Assembly (NCBI GenBank): GCA_965198225.1
Contig: CBDAOY010000007.1
Location: forward strand, 1,013,545-1,077,544
Length of the DNA: 64,000 nucleotides
Origin: Terriglobia bacterium
Lineage (GTDB): Bacteria > Acidobacteriota > Terriglobia > 20CM-2-55-15
Reading direction: 5' to 3'
A program made the position numbers and the translations under genes. Positions within the stretch are counted from its first letter, which is position 1, and each line of letters begins with the position of its first letter. The notes beneath the pieces were generated by a model. That model did no database searches. It was given only the letters and a program-made list of their open reading frames with translations, and was not told where the DNA came from. Positions 39,868 through 50,372 of this stretch are shown piece after piece.

Positions 39868-39979
39868 ATGTGGCAGGATTCGAGGGATTTTTTCTTGCAA
39901 CACCTTCCGATCCAGGATGCAACACCCTCAGAGAGGGGGGTGTTGCAGGATTCGGACAAAAGGTGTTGCAATGCCACAT
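39868..39979. repeat. Nested inverted repeats (candidate oriT or protein-binding site)
   Basis: TGCAACACC twice (39896, 39918), then GGTGTTGCA twice (39939, 39962); outer ATGTGGCA/TGCCACAT. Confidence 0.7.
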
Positions 39980-40088
39980 CCTCCTATCTCCTTAATTCTT
40001 TTTTGGTTATCCCATACCAATCGGCCTCCACCGTGCCGATCCAGCGAAATCGGGGAGGACGATAGCGACCCCCCTAAAAAGCGCGGGG

Positions 40089-41510
40089 TCATGTGGCCCG
40101 GATAGAGGCGAGGTGTTGCACGCCTCTATCCGGCCCCATGAGGGTCGCTATCGTCCTTAATTGATCCCTGCGGGAAGGCTCGGAAAACGCCCCCAACGGG
40201 GGCCTTGACGGAAGGGAGACAGACCTATGAAATGGCGTCGATTCATCCCTCATATCCTTCTGTTTTTCGGCGGTCTCGGCTACGCCGTGTGGAGCTTTGT
40301 CCGGCGTCCCTTCCCCATGCTTGGCCGGGCGCATGAGAAGCGCCTGGAGCCAGGCGTTCTTGAGCATGACGCCCACGGCGCGGGCCAGCGCCGGATTGAT
40401 ACCGGCGGGCATGTTCAACGCCAGCACCTTGCCCCCCTCGATCAGTTCATAGAGTGGGGGCAGATGGCGCGGCCCCTCGATTCGTTCCTCTTCGACCGGC
40501 GGAATCGACGTGGGTGCGGGTTTGTCTTCTGCCTCGCCGTCCGGCTTCTTGTCCGGCTCCTGGGTTTCCCGCACCGCCCGCATAGCGGCCCTGGCCTGGA
40601 CTGAAATGGCCTGGGGATCGTCGGGGACTTCCGGCGGTCCCGGACAGAACACCCTGGCCACATCCGGCATATCGAACATGGACAGGAACACCGAAACCCC
40701 TTCGACAATCGAGGACTTGATTTTGTTGTCCAGCGTTTGCCAGTCATGGACAAACCAGCGTTTGACCGCCGCCACCCGTTCCCGCACATCGTCGCCGCGT
40801 CCGGGCTCCCAGACCACCCGATAGGTGAGCTTGAGTTCGTCCAGTTTTTCGATCAACGGGCGGGTGTAGACGGCTTGTTGTTCGTCCGTGTCTGGAGCGT
40901 CTTTCCACACCCATTCCGCCAGTTTCATGAGTTGGGCTTTCAACACGTCCTCCGGGACGAAAACCGTCCCTGTGTTCAACTCGTCGCTGAACTCTTCTGC
41001 TTGCTTGATCGTGGCCGCGAAAAGATCCGGGTCGATGGCGCAACGGTAGACCTGCCGCAACGTCACCCACCGCTCCGGAAGCGCCCGGTGAAGCTCGATA
41101 ATCCAGCGGACCAGATTGGTATAGGCTTGTTGCCAGAATGGTTCCTTGCCCTTGCCAAACAACTGATTGAGCAGAGAGGAAACGGTGTAGGCCAGCGAGT
41201 AGGAATCGAGCCACCAGGCCGAGAGGGGGTTCCACTGCCAGTGCCCCTTCATTCCCAGCTCGATGTAATCCTTTCCACGGCCCGCCTCGATCAGGATTCG
41301 GCGGATGTCATGGCAGAAATCGCCCTTGACTTCGAGCACCAACGCCGCCGCCTGCTTCTGTGGATTCTCGGCTTGCCAGGAGAGAAGTTGCCGGGCGAAG
41401 GGGTGCATACACGCCGAAGTTTTCCCGGAGCCCACGGCCCCGAAGATCGCCACTCCGGTATACAGTCCCCGCTCCGGGATGATGAGCCAGGAAGGATTGA
41501 AGATCTCGCG
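40089..41510 (-). pseudogene. VirD4/TraD-like coupling protein, truncated at both ends
   Basis: GLYTGVAIFGAVGSGKT, LVLEVKGD, WNPL, PFWQQA, GKVLALNMP; no Walker B; 5' end replaced by IS remnants. Confidence 0.8.
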
Positions 41511-41512
41511 GG

Positions 41513-41611
41513 CGTATCTTCTCCCGTTTCGATAAACTCGACGTCATGTTCCTCGCCTTCCTTCACTTCGCTCTCATCGTCGAGGCTCTACGTTAGTGTT
41601 AACACGCCCTA
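41513..41611 (+). mobile_element. IS5-family right-end remnant
   Basis: Encodes RIFSRFDKLDVMFLAFLHFALIVEALR* (stop 41594-41596), followed by IR-like TGTTAACACGCCCTA. Confidence 0.7.
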
Positions 41612-42840
41612 ACCGAACTCGCAGAAAAGGGCTCTGACGTCGATGTCTTGCGTCAGCTGATCCAGTACGTGGCCCAGCGACTGATGGACCTCGATGTGGA
41701 GGGGCAGTGCGCCGCCGGATACGGTGAGCGGAGCCCGGACCGGGTGAACAGTCGAAACGGCTATCGCGAACGCGCCTGGGACACCCGCAGCGGCACGGTC
41801 GATCTTCGCATTCCGAAGCTCAGACAAGGCAGCTATTTCCCCGGATTCCTGGAACCACGCCGTACCGCCGAGAAGGCCCTGACGGCAGTCATTCAGGAAG
41901 CCTACATCCAGGGCGTATCCACGCGATCGGTCGACGCGCTGGTGCAGTCGATGGGTATGACCGGCATCTCGAAGAGTCAGGTGTCCCGGCTCTGTGGCGA
42001 AATCGACGAGAAGGTCCAGGCAATCCTGAACCGGCCGATCGAAGGCGACTGGCCATACCTGTGGATCGATGCCACCTACGTCAAGGTACGGAAGGCCGGG
42101 CGCATCGTCTCGGTCGCCGTAATAATCGCGGTGGCCGTCAATACCGACGGCGTCCGGGAGGTTTTGGGGATGGCCGTCGGTGCCTCCGAAGCCGAACCCT
42201 TCTGGACGGAGTTTCTGAGCAGTCTCACACGTCGTGGATTGCGTGGGGTGAAACTGGTGATATCGGATTCACACGAAGGGATCAAAGCCGCGGTTCCGAA
42301 AGTCCTGAAGGCGAGTTGGCAACGCTGCCGCGTTCATTTCCTCCGCAATGCTCTCGCTCACGCCGGCAAGGGTCAGCGCCAGATGGTGCGCGCTCTGATC
42401 AACACCATCTTCGCCCAGGACACACCTGAGGCCGCCAGCAAGCAGTGGCGGGAGGTTGCCGATCAACTCCGAGAGAAGTTCCCGAAGCTGGCGAAACTCA
42501 TGGATGACGCCGAAACTGAGGTCTTAAACTTTATGAGCTTCCCCAGTGCCCACCGCACACAGATCCACTCCACCAATCCGTTGGAGCGCCTCAATGCCGA
42601 GGTCAAACGTCGGACCCGAGTCGTCGGCATCTTCCCCAACGATCCGGCCATCGTTCGACTCGTGGGCGCTCTGTTGCTCGAACAGAACGACGAGTGGCAA
42701 CTTCATCGTCGCTACATGCAACTCGAAGGACTACAATCACTCAGCGACAATCACCAGGCTCGCTTGTCCGCTGTTGTCCAGTGAGCCTGTTCACAACCTG
42801 CCGAGTACCGCCTTCATACACCACGCCGCGGGGCACGACC
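41612..42840 (+). mobile_element. IS256-family element lacking its left end; transposase ORF ends at 42784
   Basis: [54 protein letters not shown]; right end ...TACACCACGCCGCGGGGCACGACC. Confidence 0.9.
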
Positions 42841-43505
42841 GAAGGCGAGCGAGGACCTGCGCATAAACGGAGCGACAAAATGGACAGAAAACGAGCGATC
42901 TTTCTTGTTTCCGCGTTGGTGCTGGGGATGCTCGGCCGGTGGCCGGGAGGGACCCTACAGGCCAAGGCTGTCCAGGCAGGCAGCGCCGAACGTATCACCG
43001 TCTGGAGTCGGGTTTACACGGAGGCCCAAGCAGCGAAAGGTAAATCGATATTCGACGAATTTTGCAGCTCGTGCCATGGGCAGTATCTGGAGGGTGGGGG
43101 GCAGAGGTCTCCCGGGCTTCGAGGCGACAAATTCATGGAAAGTTGGCGGGAGGACAATTTGGGAAGCCTGTTCACCAAAATCAGGACGACCATGCCTCGC
43201 CGCAGCACACGAACCATGACAGAAGATGAGTCGCTCGTCCTCGTGACTCACATATTGCATGAAAACGGCTTTCCTGCGAGTACCGACGAGCTGAGGGTCC
43301 GTATGCTCAGCACCGTCCGGATTGAAAGAGAGGATGGGCCACAGCCGTTGCCGAATTTTTCACTGATCCAAGTCGTCGGTTGCATGGCGAGAATTGACGA
43401 TAACGCCTGGGGGTTGAGCATGGCCGGTCAGCCCACCAGACTGAGAACCACGGAGAAATCGACCCCGGAGGAACTCAAAGCCGCTGAAGCAAGCCCGCTA
43501 GCTAG

Positions 43506-45241
43506 CCCGCATATTTCACCAATAGGACCAGAAAAGGCCGCCCTGTCTGGCATAAAGCGTTTTGAAATAAACGTTTAACAAGCCAAACGGAGACGGCCCT
43601 TATGAGAACAGAGTGTAACCAAGTCACGTTCGAATTTCACGGACTTCTTCAACGAAAAGTGAAGGCGCGTTTTGACGGCGGAAAGATCACCTCCGACGCT
43701 GGGGTTCTGCTGTTGAGGGAAGTGGAAAAGCGAACGGGTCTGATCGCCGGACTGGCCGAGTGTTTCAGGGATTACCGGGACGCGAGGTTGATCGAACACA
43801 CGGTGAGCGAGTTATTGGGGCAGCGCGTCTACGGACTCTGTCTGGGCTACGAGGATCTGAACGATCATGACCAACTGCGGACCGATCCGATGCTGGCCGT
43901 GACGGTGGATAAGGCCGATCCACTGGGGGAGAAGCGGCGGCAGGCCCGAGACCGGGGAAAAGCGTTGGCGGGCAAGTGTACGCTGAACCGGTTGGAACTG
44001 ACCGGGGAGCAAGTCGATGGGAAGGAGCGGTACAAGAAGATTGCCATGGACCCGGACAAGATCGACCGCTGGATGGTGGATGCATTTGTGGCGGCTCACG
44101 GATCGGCGCCCGAGGAGATTGTTCTGGACCTGGATGCGACCGATGATCCGATCCATGGCCATCAGGAAGGACGGTTCTTTCACGGCTACTACGGCAACTA
44201 CTGTTATCTGCCGCTCTACATCTTTTCGGGAGAGCAGCTGCTATGCGCCCGGTTGCGGTGCTCCAATGTCGACGGTGCGGACGGCGCCGTCGAGGAATTG
44301 AACCGCATCATCGGCCAGATCCGGCAGAGCTGGCCGGAGGTGTCGATTATCATCCGGGCCGACTCGGGCTTTTGCCGGGATGAATTGCGGAGTTGGTGCG
44401 AGGCCCACCAGGTCGATTACGTGGTGGGTCTGGCCAAGAACGATCGGCTCAAGCGCGAGATCGCTGAATCGATGAGTCAGGCCGAAGCCGAGTTTAACGA
44501 CACCGGGAACCGGCGCGGGTGTTTAACGATTTCCGGTATCGCACTCGGAAGAGCTGGACCTGCGAGCGACGCGTCATCGGCAAGGCCGAGTTCCTGGAGA
44601 AAGGCGCCAATCCTCGATTCGTTGTGACCTCACTGTCGCCGGAACGCCTGGACGCCCGCGCCCTCTATGAAGACTTTTACTGTGCGCGGGGCGACATGGA
44701 AAATCGCATCAAGGAACAGCAGTTGGATCTATTCGCCGACCGGACCAGCGCGGCAACCATGCGCGCCAATCAACTCCGGCTCTATCTGTCCTCGGCCGCC
44801 TACATGCTCCTGCACGCGTTACGCCGTCTGGGACTGAAGAATACCGATCTGGCCCGCGCTCAGTGCCAGACGATCCGCTTGAAGCTCCTCAAGATCGGAG
44901 CTCAAGTCCGTCTGACGGTTCGCAACATCTGGATCTCCATGTCGGAAGCCTATCCCTACGCCGAGGTCTTTGCCCTCGTCCATCGAAACCTGCAGGCGCT
45001 TCCTCTGCGCTGCTGAGAACCGACCCGATCCCCTGCGCCAAAATCGACTCGCTCTTTTCGGCTCCGCCGAGGTTTGTCTCAGTGCGTTTCGTCACCCTCT
45101 TCTGAACCCGAAAACGCAGCAACTCCCGCTTGTCGACACCGCCGAGTCACGCCACACATGCCCAATTCGAACCCAGATCCTCCCGAATCCGATTCTTACT
45201 GCCCAAATCCCCCTGATCGCCGGACTGGTGAAACATGCGGG
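43506..45241 (+). mobile_element. IS1380-family insertion sequence (1736 bp)
   Basis: IRs CCCGCATATTTCACCAAT / ACTGGTGAAACATGCGGG, CTAG on both flanks. Confidence 0.92.
43602..45016 (+). pseudogene. IS1380 transposase, frameshifted near 44509
   Basis: ITSDAG, GYEDLNDH, LDLDATDD, RADSGF, RGDMENRIKE; one base missing at GGG-AA-CCG. Confidence 0.9.
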
Positions 45242-45497
45242 CTAGGGACACTGACGTTTCGTCTGCAGAACTTGCTCATGCTCGGCGCCTTCAAACCCGA
45301 GGACCACGGGGGCCACAAAATGCAGGCGCGCGGTACTCTGATCAGACGAGGGAGCGGTATCGATCGCATCAGCGTTACGGAATTAGAAATGGTCGGTATG
45401 AATTGCGGGCAGTAGCTGCTCTACTTCAATAGCTTCTAGTACCGTACCCGCAAATCCCGAACCGTCTGGCCACATTTCCCTGGAAGGACCGAAAAAG

Positions 45498-45526
45498 TTG
45501 ACACACGGTCACAGTGCGGCCAGACT
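45498..45526 (+). promoter_or_regulatory. Sigma70-type promoter
   Basis: TTGACA-17 nt-CAGACT; homologous block at 52490. Confidence 0.65.
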
Positions 45527-45579
45527 CAAGTCCGCCCATCTTTGTCCCAATGATCTCGTCATTAAACAGAGGAGGTGCC

Positions 45580-45942
45580 ATGCGACTTCGCCACCTGATT
45601 GTCGGCATCGTTCTGGTGCTGGCCCAGTCGGGCGCACTCGCTCAATCTTATCCGCCGCCATGGCCGCGCGATGGCGTGACGAAGGTTTTCGAGAATGATC
45701 GTGTGATTGTCTGGGAAGTGGAATGGCTGAGGGAACCGACCGGGATGCACGAGCATCGCTACGATCTCGTCGTCATCACAACGAGAACAGGCACCATCGG
45801 TATCACTACTCCGGATGGCGAGACCATAACGCTTGAAGCCAAGGCCGGGGATGTCGGTTTCCAGGCGGCAGGTGTGATCCACGACGAACACAGCATGAGC
45901 GACCCCGCGCGCACAGCGATGGTCATCGAACTAAAGGACTGA
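45580..45942 (+). CDS. Secreted cupin-domain protein
   Basis: RBS GGAGG, signal peptide, FENDRVIVW, MHEHRYD, GVIHDE, VIELK. Confidence 0.8.
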   Translation: MRLRHLIVGIVLVLAQSGALAQSYPPPWPRDGVTKVFENDRVIVWEVEWLREPTGMHEHRYDLVVITTRTGTIGITTPDGETITLEAKAGDVGFQAAGVIHDEHSMSDPARTAMVIELKD

Positions 45943-45967
45943 TGCGGGGCCGCGCCGGCGACGAACT

Positions 45968-47371
45968 TCAGCGACCGGACGGCTCTGTCGAGACTGCCGC
46001 TTTCTCGACTTCAAAGCCGCTTGAGATCCAGGCCTGGGTTCCGCCGACCACGTTCGCGACGTTTGGAAAGCCCCGGCCCTCGAGGATGCTCGTGGCCGCG
46101 CTGGACCGGTAGCCGCTCCGGCACACGATGGCGATGGGGCGATCCGGATCGAGCTCGTTGATCCGTTTCTTGAGATCGGTCAGGGGGATGTTGAAGGCCC
46201 GTACAGCGTGCCCATCGCGGTACTCGCCAGGTCTGCGGACATCGAGGACCTGGAGTTGGGCGGTCTCCCGGATCCGATCGCGCAGCTCATCGACCGGGAT
46301 CTGCTCGATCGTGGCGGTTTCCAGGCCGGCCTTATCCCAGGCGTAAACACCGCCGTCGAGGTAGCCACGTACGGACTCGATCCCTACCCGGGCTAACCGC
46401 ATAACGGCTTCCGACACCTCATCGTGTCCTTCGGAGACGATGACGATGGGAGCATCGATCGACAGCAGGCTGCCGGCCCAGGACGCGAACTGTCCCTTCA
46501 GCGCGATGTTGATCGATCCGGGGACGTGAGCCGTTCCGTAGCTGGCTGCGGGTCGCACGTCGAGGATGACGTCGCGGTCGAGATCGATTTGTTCGGGTCG
46601 GAGTGCGTCCGGCTTGGGGAGCGCATCCAGGGGCACAGCCCCCTGTCGGTTGATCTCCGCATCCTTGGGAAAATACGCCGGCACGGGCGGAAGCTCCGAC
46701 GTCATCATCCGCACGAACTCTTCTCGCGGCATGGGCTTCAATGCGCAGTTCAGCTGGCGCTGTTGTCCGATTGTGGACGAGGTGTCCCTTGAAATATTGC
46801 GACCGCATAGAGATCCGGCGCCGTGCGCGGGATAGACTTCTACCGCGTCGTCCAGCTTCAGCAGCTTGTCGTGCAGGCTCGAGTAGAGCATCGAAGCCAT
46901 GTCTTCGGCGGAATAGCCCACGGAACCGACCAGGTCCGGGCGGCCGACGTCGCCGATGAACAGCGTGTCCCCGGTGAGAACCTTCGGCGGAGAATCCGGG
47001 GCCGACCGGTCGGTCACGAGGATCGAGATGCTTTCCGGAGTGTGCCCGGGTGTTTCGATGAATCGCAGCGTCACCTGCCCGAGTTCGATTTCGTCTCCCT
47101 CGGCGACGGGATGGAAAGGAAAGGTCGGCTCGGAGCGTCGGCCGAAAACGATCTCTGCACCGGTACGCTCGGCGAGCTCTCTGTGTCCGCTGACGAAGTC
47201 GGCATGCAGGTGCGTTTCGATCACGTAACGGATCTTGAATTGCTGCGCGTCGGCTCCGTCGACGTACTGGTCCACGTCACGTTGCGGATCGACGACGACC
47301 GCTTCGCCCTCCGAGCCAATCAGGTACGAAGCGTGTGCGAGGCAACCGAGGTAGAACTGCTTGAAATACAT
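45968..47371 (-). CDS. MBL-fold hydrolase with two rhodanese domains (persulfide dioxygenase/sulfurtransferase-like)
   Basis: ETHLHADFVSG, TPGHTPES, GDTLFIGDVGRPDL, YPAHGAGSLC, LDVR, CRSGYRS. Confidence 0.92.
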   Translation of the reverse strand: MYFKQFYLGCLAHASYLIGSEGEAVVVDPQRDVDQYVDGADAQQFKIRYVIETHLHADFVSGHRELAERTGAEIVFGRRSEPTFPFHPVAEGDEIELGQVTLRFIETPGHTPESISILVTDRSAPDSPPKVLTGDTLFIGDVGRPDLVGSVGYSAEDMASMLYSSLHDKLLKLDDAVEVYPAHGAGSLCGRNISRDTSSTIGQQRQLNCALKPMPREEFVRMMTSELPPVPAYFPKDAEINRQGAVPLDALPKPDALRPEQIDLDRDVILDVRPAASYGTAHVPGSINIALKGQFASWAGSLLSIDAPIVIVSEGHDEVSEAVMRLARVGIESVRGYLDGGVYAWDKAGLETATIEQIPVDELRDRIRETAQLQVLDVRRPGEYRDGHAVRAFNIPLTDLKKRINELDPDRPIAIVCRSGYRSSAATSILEGRGFPNVANVVGGTQAWISSGFEVEKAAVSTEPSGR

Positions 47372-47424
47372 GTCGTTCTCCGTGAGCCGGCGGGTTCAGC
47401 CCCCAGACACGGGCTGCTAGCATG

Positions 47425-47961
47425 CTAGGGAGCACTGATCTCGGTCAATTCATCCTTCACCATGTAGAAACGAGCGTTGCGGATTCTCCCCTCCCGGATT
47501 TGAAAAAAAGCAGCGCCCGGGTACATGAAACGCTTACTATTCTCCCGCAGAGTATAGACGCCGACATATTGCACCCCAACTGACGTTCCGCCCCATGGTC
47601 CTTCGGCTGAATGGAACAGTTGCCGCGACTCCTCGTTGGCGGTAGCCCACTCGATCCGGAAGGCAAGGTCTGTGTGGACCTCGGCGAACTCTTCGATCAT
47701 TCCTTGAATGGCGGCCTGCCCTTCGAGTACGACCGCGCCGATCTGATGCTCGGAAGGCGGAACTTGATGGATGGCGTTGGGCAGGTACAGTTCCAGCAGA
47801 TGGTTCGTGGTCTCTTGCGAACCATCGAGAGCGTTCCAGCGTTCGAACCATTCGCGGAGGACGTCTTCCGGTCTGCTGGACCCCCGTTCCGATTCCTGAC
47901 CCAGAATGAGAAAACTGGAAGACAAAAACAGCACAGGCAATAACGACAGCGCCTTTATCAT
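47425..47961 (-). CDS. Secreted SnoaL/NTF2-like protein
   Basis: Signal peptide; LYLPNA, GQAAI, FFQIREGRI. Confidence 0.65.
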   Translation of the reverse strand: MIKALSLLPVLFLSSSFLILGQESERGSSRPEDVLREWFERWNALDGSQETTNHLLELYLPNAIHQVPPSEHQIGAVVLEGQAAIQGMIEEFAEVHTDLAFRIEWATANEESRQLFHSAEGPWGGTSVGVQYVGVYTLRENSKRFMYPGAAFFQIREGRIRNARFYMVKDELTEISAP

Positions 47962-48044
47962 TTCTGGTCTTCCTCCGTCTACGACGCGCTCTCCACGTCA
48001 ATCTTTGAGATGTCTGATGGCGTGCTCACCTCAGTCCGTGCGAA

Positions 48045-48887
48045 TCAACGGGCTTCCAACAGCGGTTTCGCACAGCGGAATCCGATGGTCGGAGTCCGAG
48101 TCGATGGATCCGTATAGTTCCGATAGTGAACGGCGAGAATCCGGTCGTCGGGATCCGACCAACCCCCGCCACGAAGGACACGATATACGCCTGTATCGGG
48201 ACCGGGCGGGTTTCTCCTGGCGCTGCGGCTGTAGTAGTTGCGAACATACCAATCGCCCACCCATTCCCACACGTTGCCGACCACATCGTGCAGGCCGAAA
48301 GCGTTCGGTGGATAAGAGCCGACTTCCGTGGGTCCATTGGGAAAGCCGGTATGTGCCATTCGGACCGGCGTGTTTTCCGCGCCCGGCGCCTGCGGTTGGA
48401 ACTCATCACCCCACGGGAAGAGCTTCTTATCCATCCCTCCGCGAGCAGCACGTTCCCATTCGGCTTCGGTCGGGAGACGCTTGCCCGCCCACCTGCAGAA
48501 CGCGTCGGCGTCGTCCCAACTGACGTTGTAGACGGGAAATCGCCCTTTGCCCTCCGGGTATTCAGGAACCCAATGGTACGGCTTCCGATGACCAGTGAGG
48601 GCGACAAATCGCGCGTAATCTGCGTTCGTTACTTCATAGCTGTCCAAGTAGTAGGCGTCGAGGTGCACCAGATGGACCGGCCGATCATCCCTCCGATCGT
48701 GTTCTCGCCAGCCGAGCTCATCCATCAGAGTCATTTTGAAGCGACCCATCCAGAACTCACCTTCAGGTATGAGGCCCATTCCGGAGGCTTCGTCTCGATC
48801 CCTGGTCGTGTCCTGGGTCGCGTTCTTCGCGTGAAGTGCGAAGCCAAACGTTAAGGCACAACAGAGCAGCAGGAAGTGAATCTTCAT
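48045..48887 (-). CDS. FGE-sulfatase (SUMF1-like) domain protein
   Basis: GEFWMG, YEVTNADY, RLPTEAEWERAARGG, NAFGLHDVVGNVWEW, LRGGGW, IGFRC. Confidence 0.92.
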   Translation of the reverse strand: MKIHFLLLCCALTFGFALHAKNATQDTTRDRDEASGMGLIPEGEFWMGRFKMTLMDELGWREHDRRDDRPVHLVHLDAYYLDSYEVTNADYARFVALTGHRKPYHWVPEYPEGKGRFPVYNVSWDDADAFCRWAGKRLPTEAEWERAARGGMDKKLFPWGDEFQPQAPGAENTPVRMAHTGFPNGPTEVGSYPPNAFGLHDVVGNVWEWVGDWYVRNYYSRSARRNPPGPDTGVYRVLRGGGWSDPDDRILAVHYRNYTDPSTRTPTIGFRCAKPLLEAR

Positions 48888-48957
48888 ATCGAAAGGAAGG
48901 GAACAGCTCCGGCCATCGAAGCCGGATCGATGACGCGCCTGGCGGGCTGACGAAAAC

Positions 48958-50361
48958 TCATTCAAACAGCTCAGCGATCTCGTCGGTGCTGATCATCTGG
49001 TTTTGTCCGAGCCCGAACGGAGACACGTACTCATAGGTGCGGCCGGAAGGTGTGTTCTCGATGGATTTTGTCCAGTCGATTCCCAGGGCGGAATAAATCG
49101 TCGCCACGGTATTGTCCATGGCCGGCTGTTCGGGGTGTTTCCAACCGGTCTCGATGCACTTCGCACCCGTATCATCGGTCTTGCCAATGATACGACCACC
49201 CTTCACACCTCCGCCGGTGTACAGCGTCGTGTACGCGTCATTGTAATGATCCCGGCCGGCGACAGCGTTCATCGCTGGAGTGCGACCGAACTCGCTGGTG
49301 ACCACGATGAGTGTTTCGTCGTACAGGGAGCGGCCAGGTTCCGTGCCGGGCATCGCCGAAAGATCTCGCATCAGAGTAATCAGCCCTTTGTCCAGCCGAT
49401 TACACGTGACGTAATGATTCCACTCGCGGCTCCGATCGAATATGTAACTGTGGTGGTCCCAGTGGTCGCCGTCATAAATGTAAACGAAACGGGACCCGGC
49501 ATCGGCCCCCAGCAAGTTTCTCGCAAGGATGCACCCCAGGCCGAACTCATCGTCGCCGTACCGTTTTTTGTCTTCTTCTTTGGCCTGAAAGGCAGCCGAC
49601 CAACGGGGATCGCTCAACAGCGTCTGGGCCTGGTTGTAGAAAGCCTCAAATTCTGAAGTCGTGCTACCCATCGCGGCGCGCTCGGCAGCAGATACCTCGG
49701 CCAGAGAACGGAGTACCCGCCACCGTTCTTCCAGCACTCGCGTCACGCCTTCACCGTCGCCGCTTAACGCGTCAAAGACGGCCGTCGGATCCAGGTCCAG
49801 TCCCGTGTAGCGCGCGGGAAAGAATCCCGATCCGATCGATCCCGCCCGACTCCGCATCAGGTACGTACTGATGTAGGTTGGGAACGTGTCGGTCTCGCGC
49901 CGGCGCTGCTCCAATTCGTAGGCGATGACGGTGCCGAACGCCGGGATCTCCTTCGCAACGGCAACATTGATGGCCCGTCCAGTTTGCGTGTGATACTGAC
50001 CCTGAAAGTGGACGAGTTCGGGCGCCCGCATACTACGGACCAGCGAAAAGCGATTGGCTTCTTTCGAGAGCTCGGGAAACAACGTCTTCGAGAGGTAAAG
50101 ACCAGATGACGTCTTCCGGACGTCCAAGTCTCTGGGAGTGTAAGGCGTCTCTTTGAAATCCCAGCAATCCATCGGGCTGATGGCGCCGCCCATTTCGATC
50201 AGGATGCAGTTCTTGGCGGTTCCGCGTGGGATCACGTTCTGGGAGGCTCGGACGTCCAAGGGCCAGACCAGGCGGTCCACCCAGACTCCGGTCAGAGCCG
50301 CTCCACCCCATCTCAACACGTCTCTCCGCGTCGGCAATACGTCTCTAAGCTGTCGCTCCAT
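48958..50361 (-). CDS. DUF1501 protein (Tat signal)
   Basis: TRRDVL, MGGAISPMDCWD, WDHH, SEFGRTP, GRDH, GGRIIG. Confidence 0.9.
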   Translation of the reverse strand: MERQLRDVLPTRRDVLRWGGAALTGVWVDRLVWPLDVRASQNVIPRGTAKNCILIEMGGAISPMDCWDFKETPYTPRDLDVRKTSSGLYLSKTLFPELSKEANRFSLVRSMRAPELVHFQGQYHTQTGRAINVAVAKEIPAFGTVIAYELEQRRRETDTFPTYISTYLMRSRAGSIGSGFFPARYTGLDLDPTAVFDALSGDGEGVTRVLEERWRVLRSLAEVSAAERAAMGSTTSEFEAFYNQAQTLLSDPRWSAAFQAKEEDKKRYGDDEFGLGCILARNLLGADAGSRFVYIYDGDHWDHHSYIFDRSREWNHYVTCNRLDKGLITLMRDLSAMPGTEPGRSLYDETLIVVTSEFGRTPAMNAVAGRDHYNDAYTTLYTGGGVKGGRIIGKTDDTGAKCIETGWKHPEQPAMDNTVATIYSALGIDWTKSIENTPSGRTYEYVSPFGLGQNQMISTDEIAELFE

Positions 50362-50372
50362 AATTACCTTCC

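Larger units (their letters stand above)
24946..42840. mobile_element. Degraded integrative/conjugative island (right boundary uncertain)
   Basis: Integrase at a gene-truncating junction, T4SS genes, coupling-protein remnant, recombinase fragments, IS remnants. Confidence 0.65.
42880..45415 (+). pseudogene. Cytochrome c protein interrupted by IS1380 (42880-43501 plus 45246-45415)
   Basis: CSSCH, TTMP; the halves join as ASPL|GTLTFRLQN, matching the paralog at 60269 (ARPLGTQIF). Confidence 0.85.

Noticed and set aside
44500-44520. Programmed frameshift in the IS1380 transposase
   Set aside because: No slippery heptamer; IS1380 transposases are normally a single ORF
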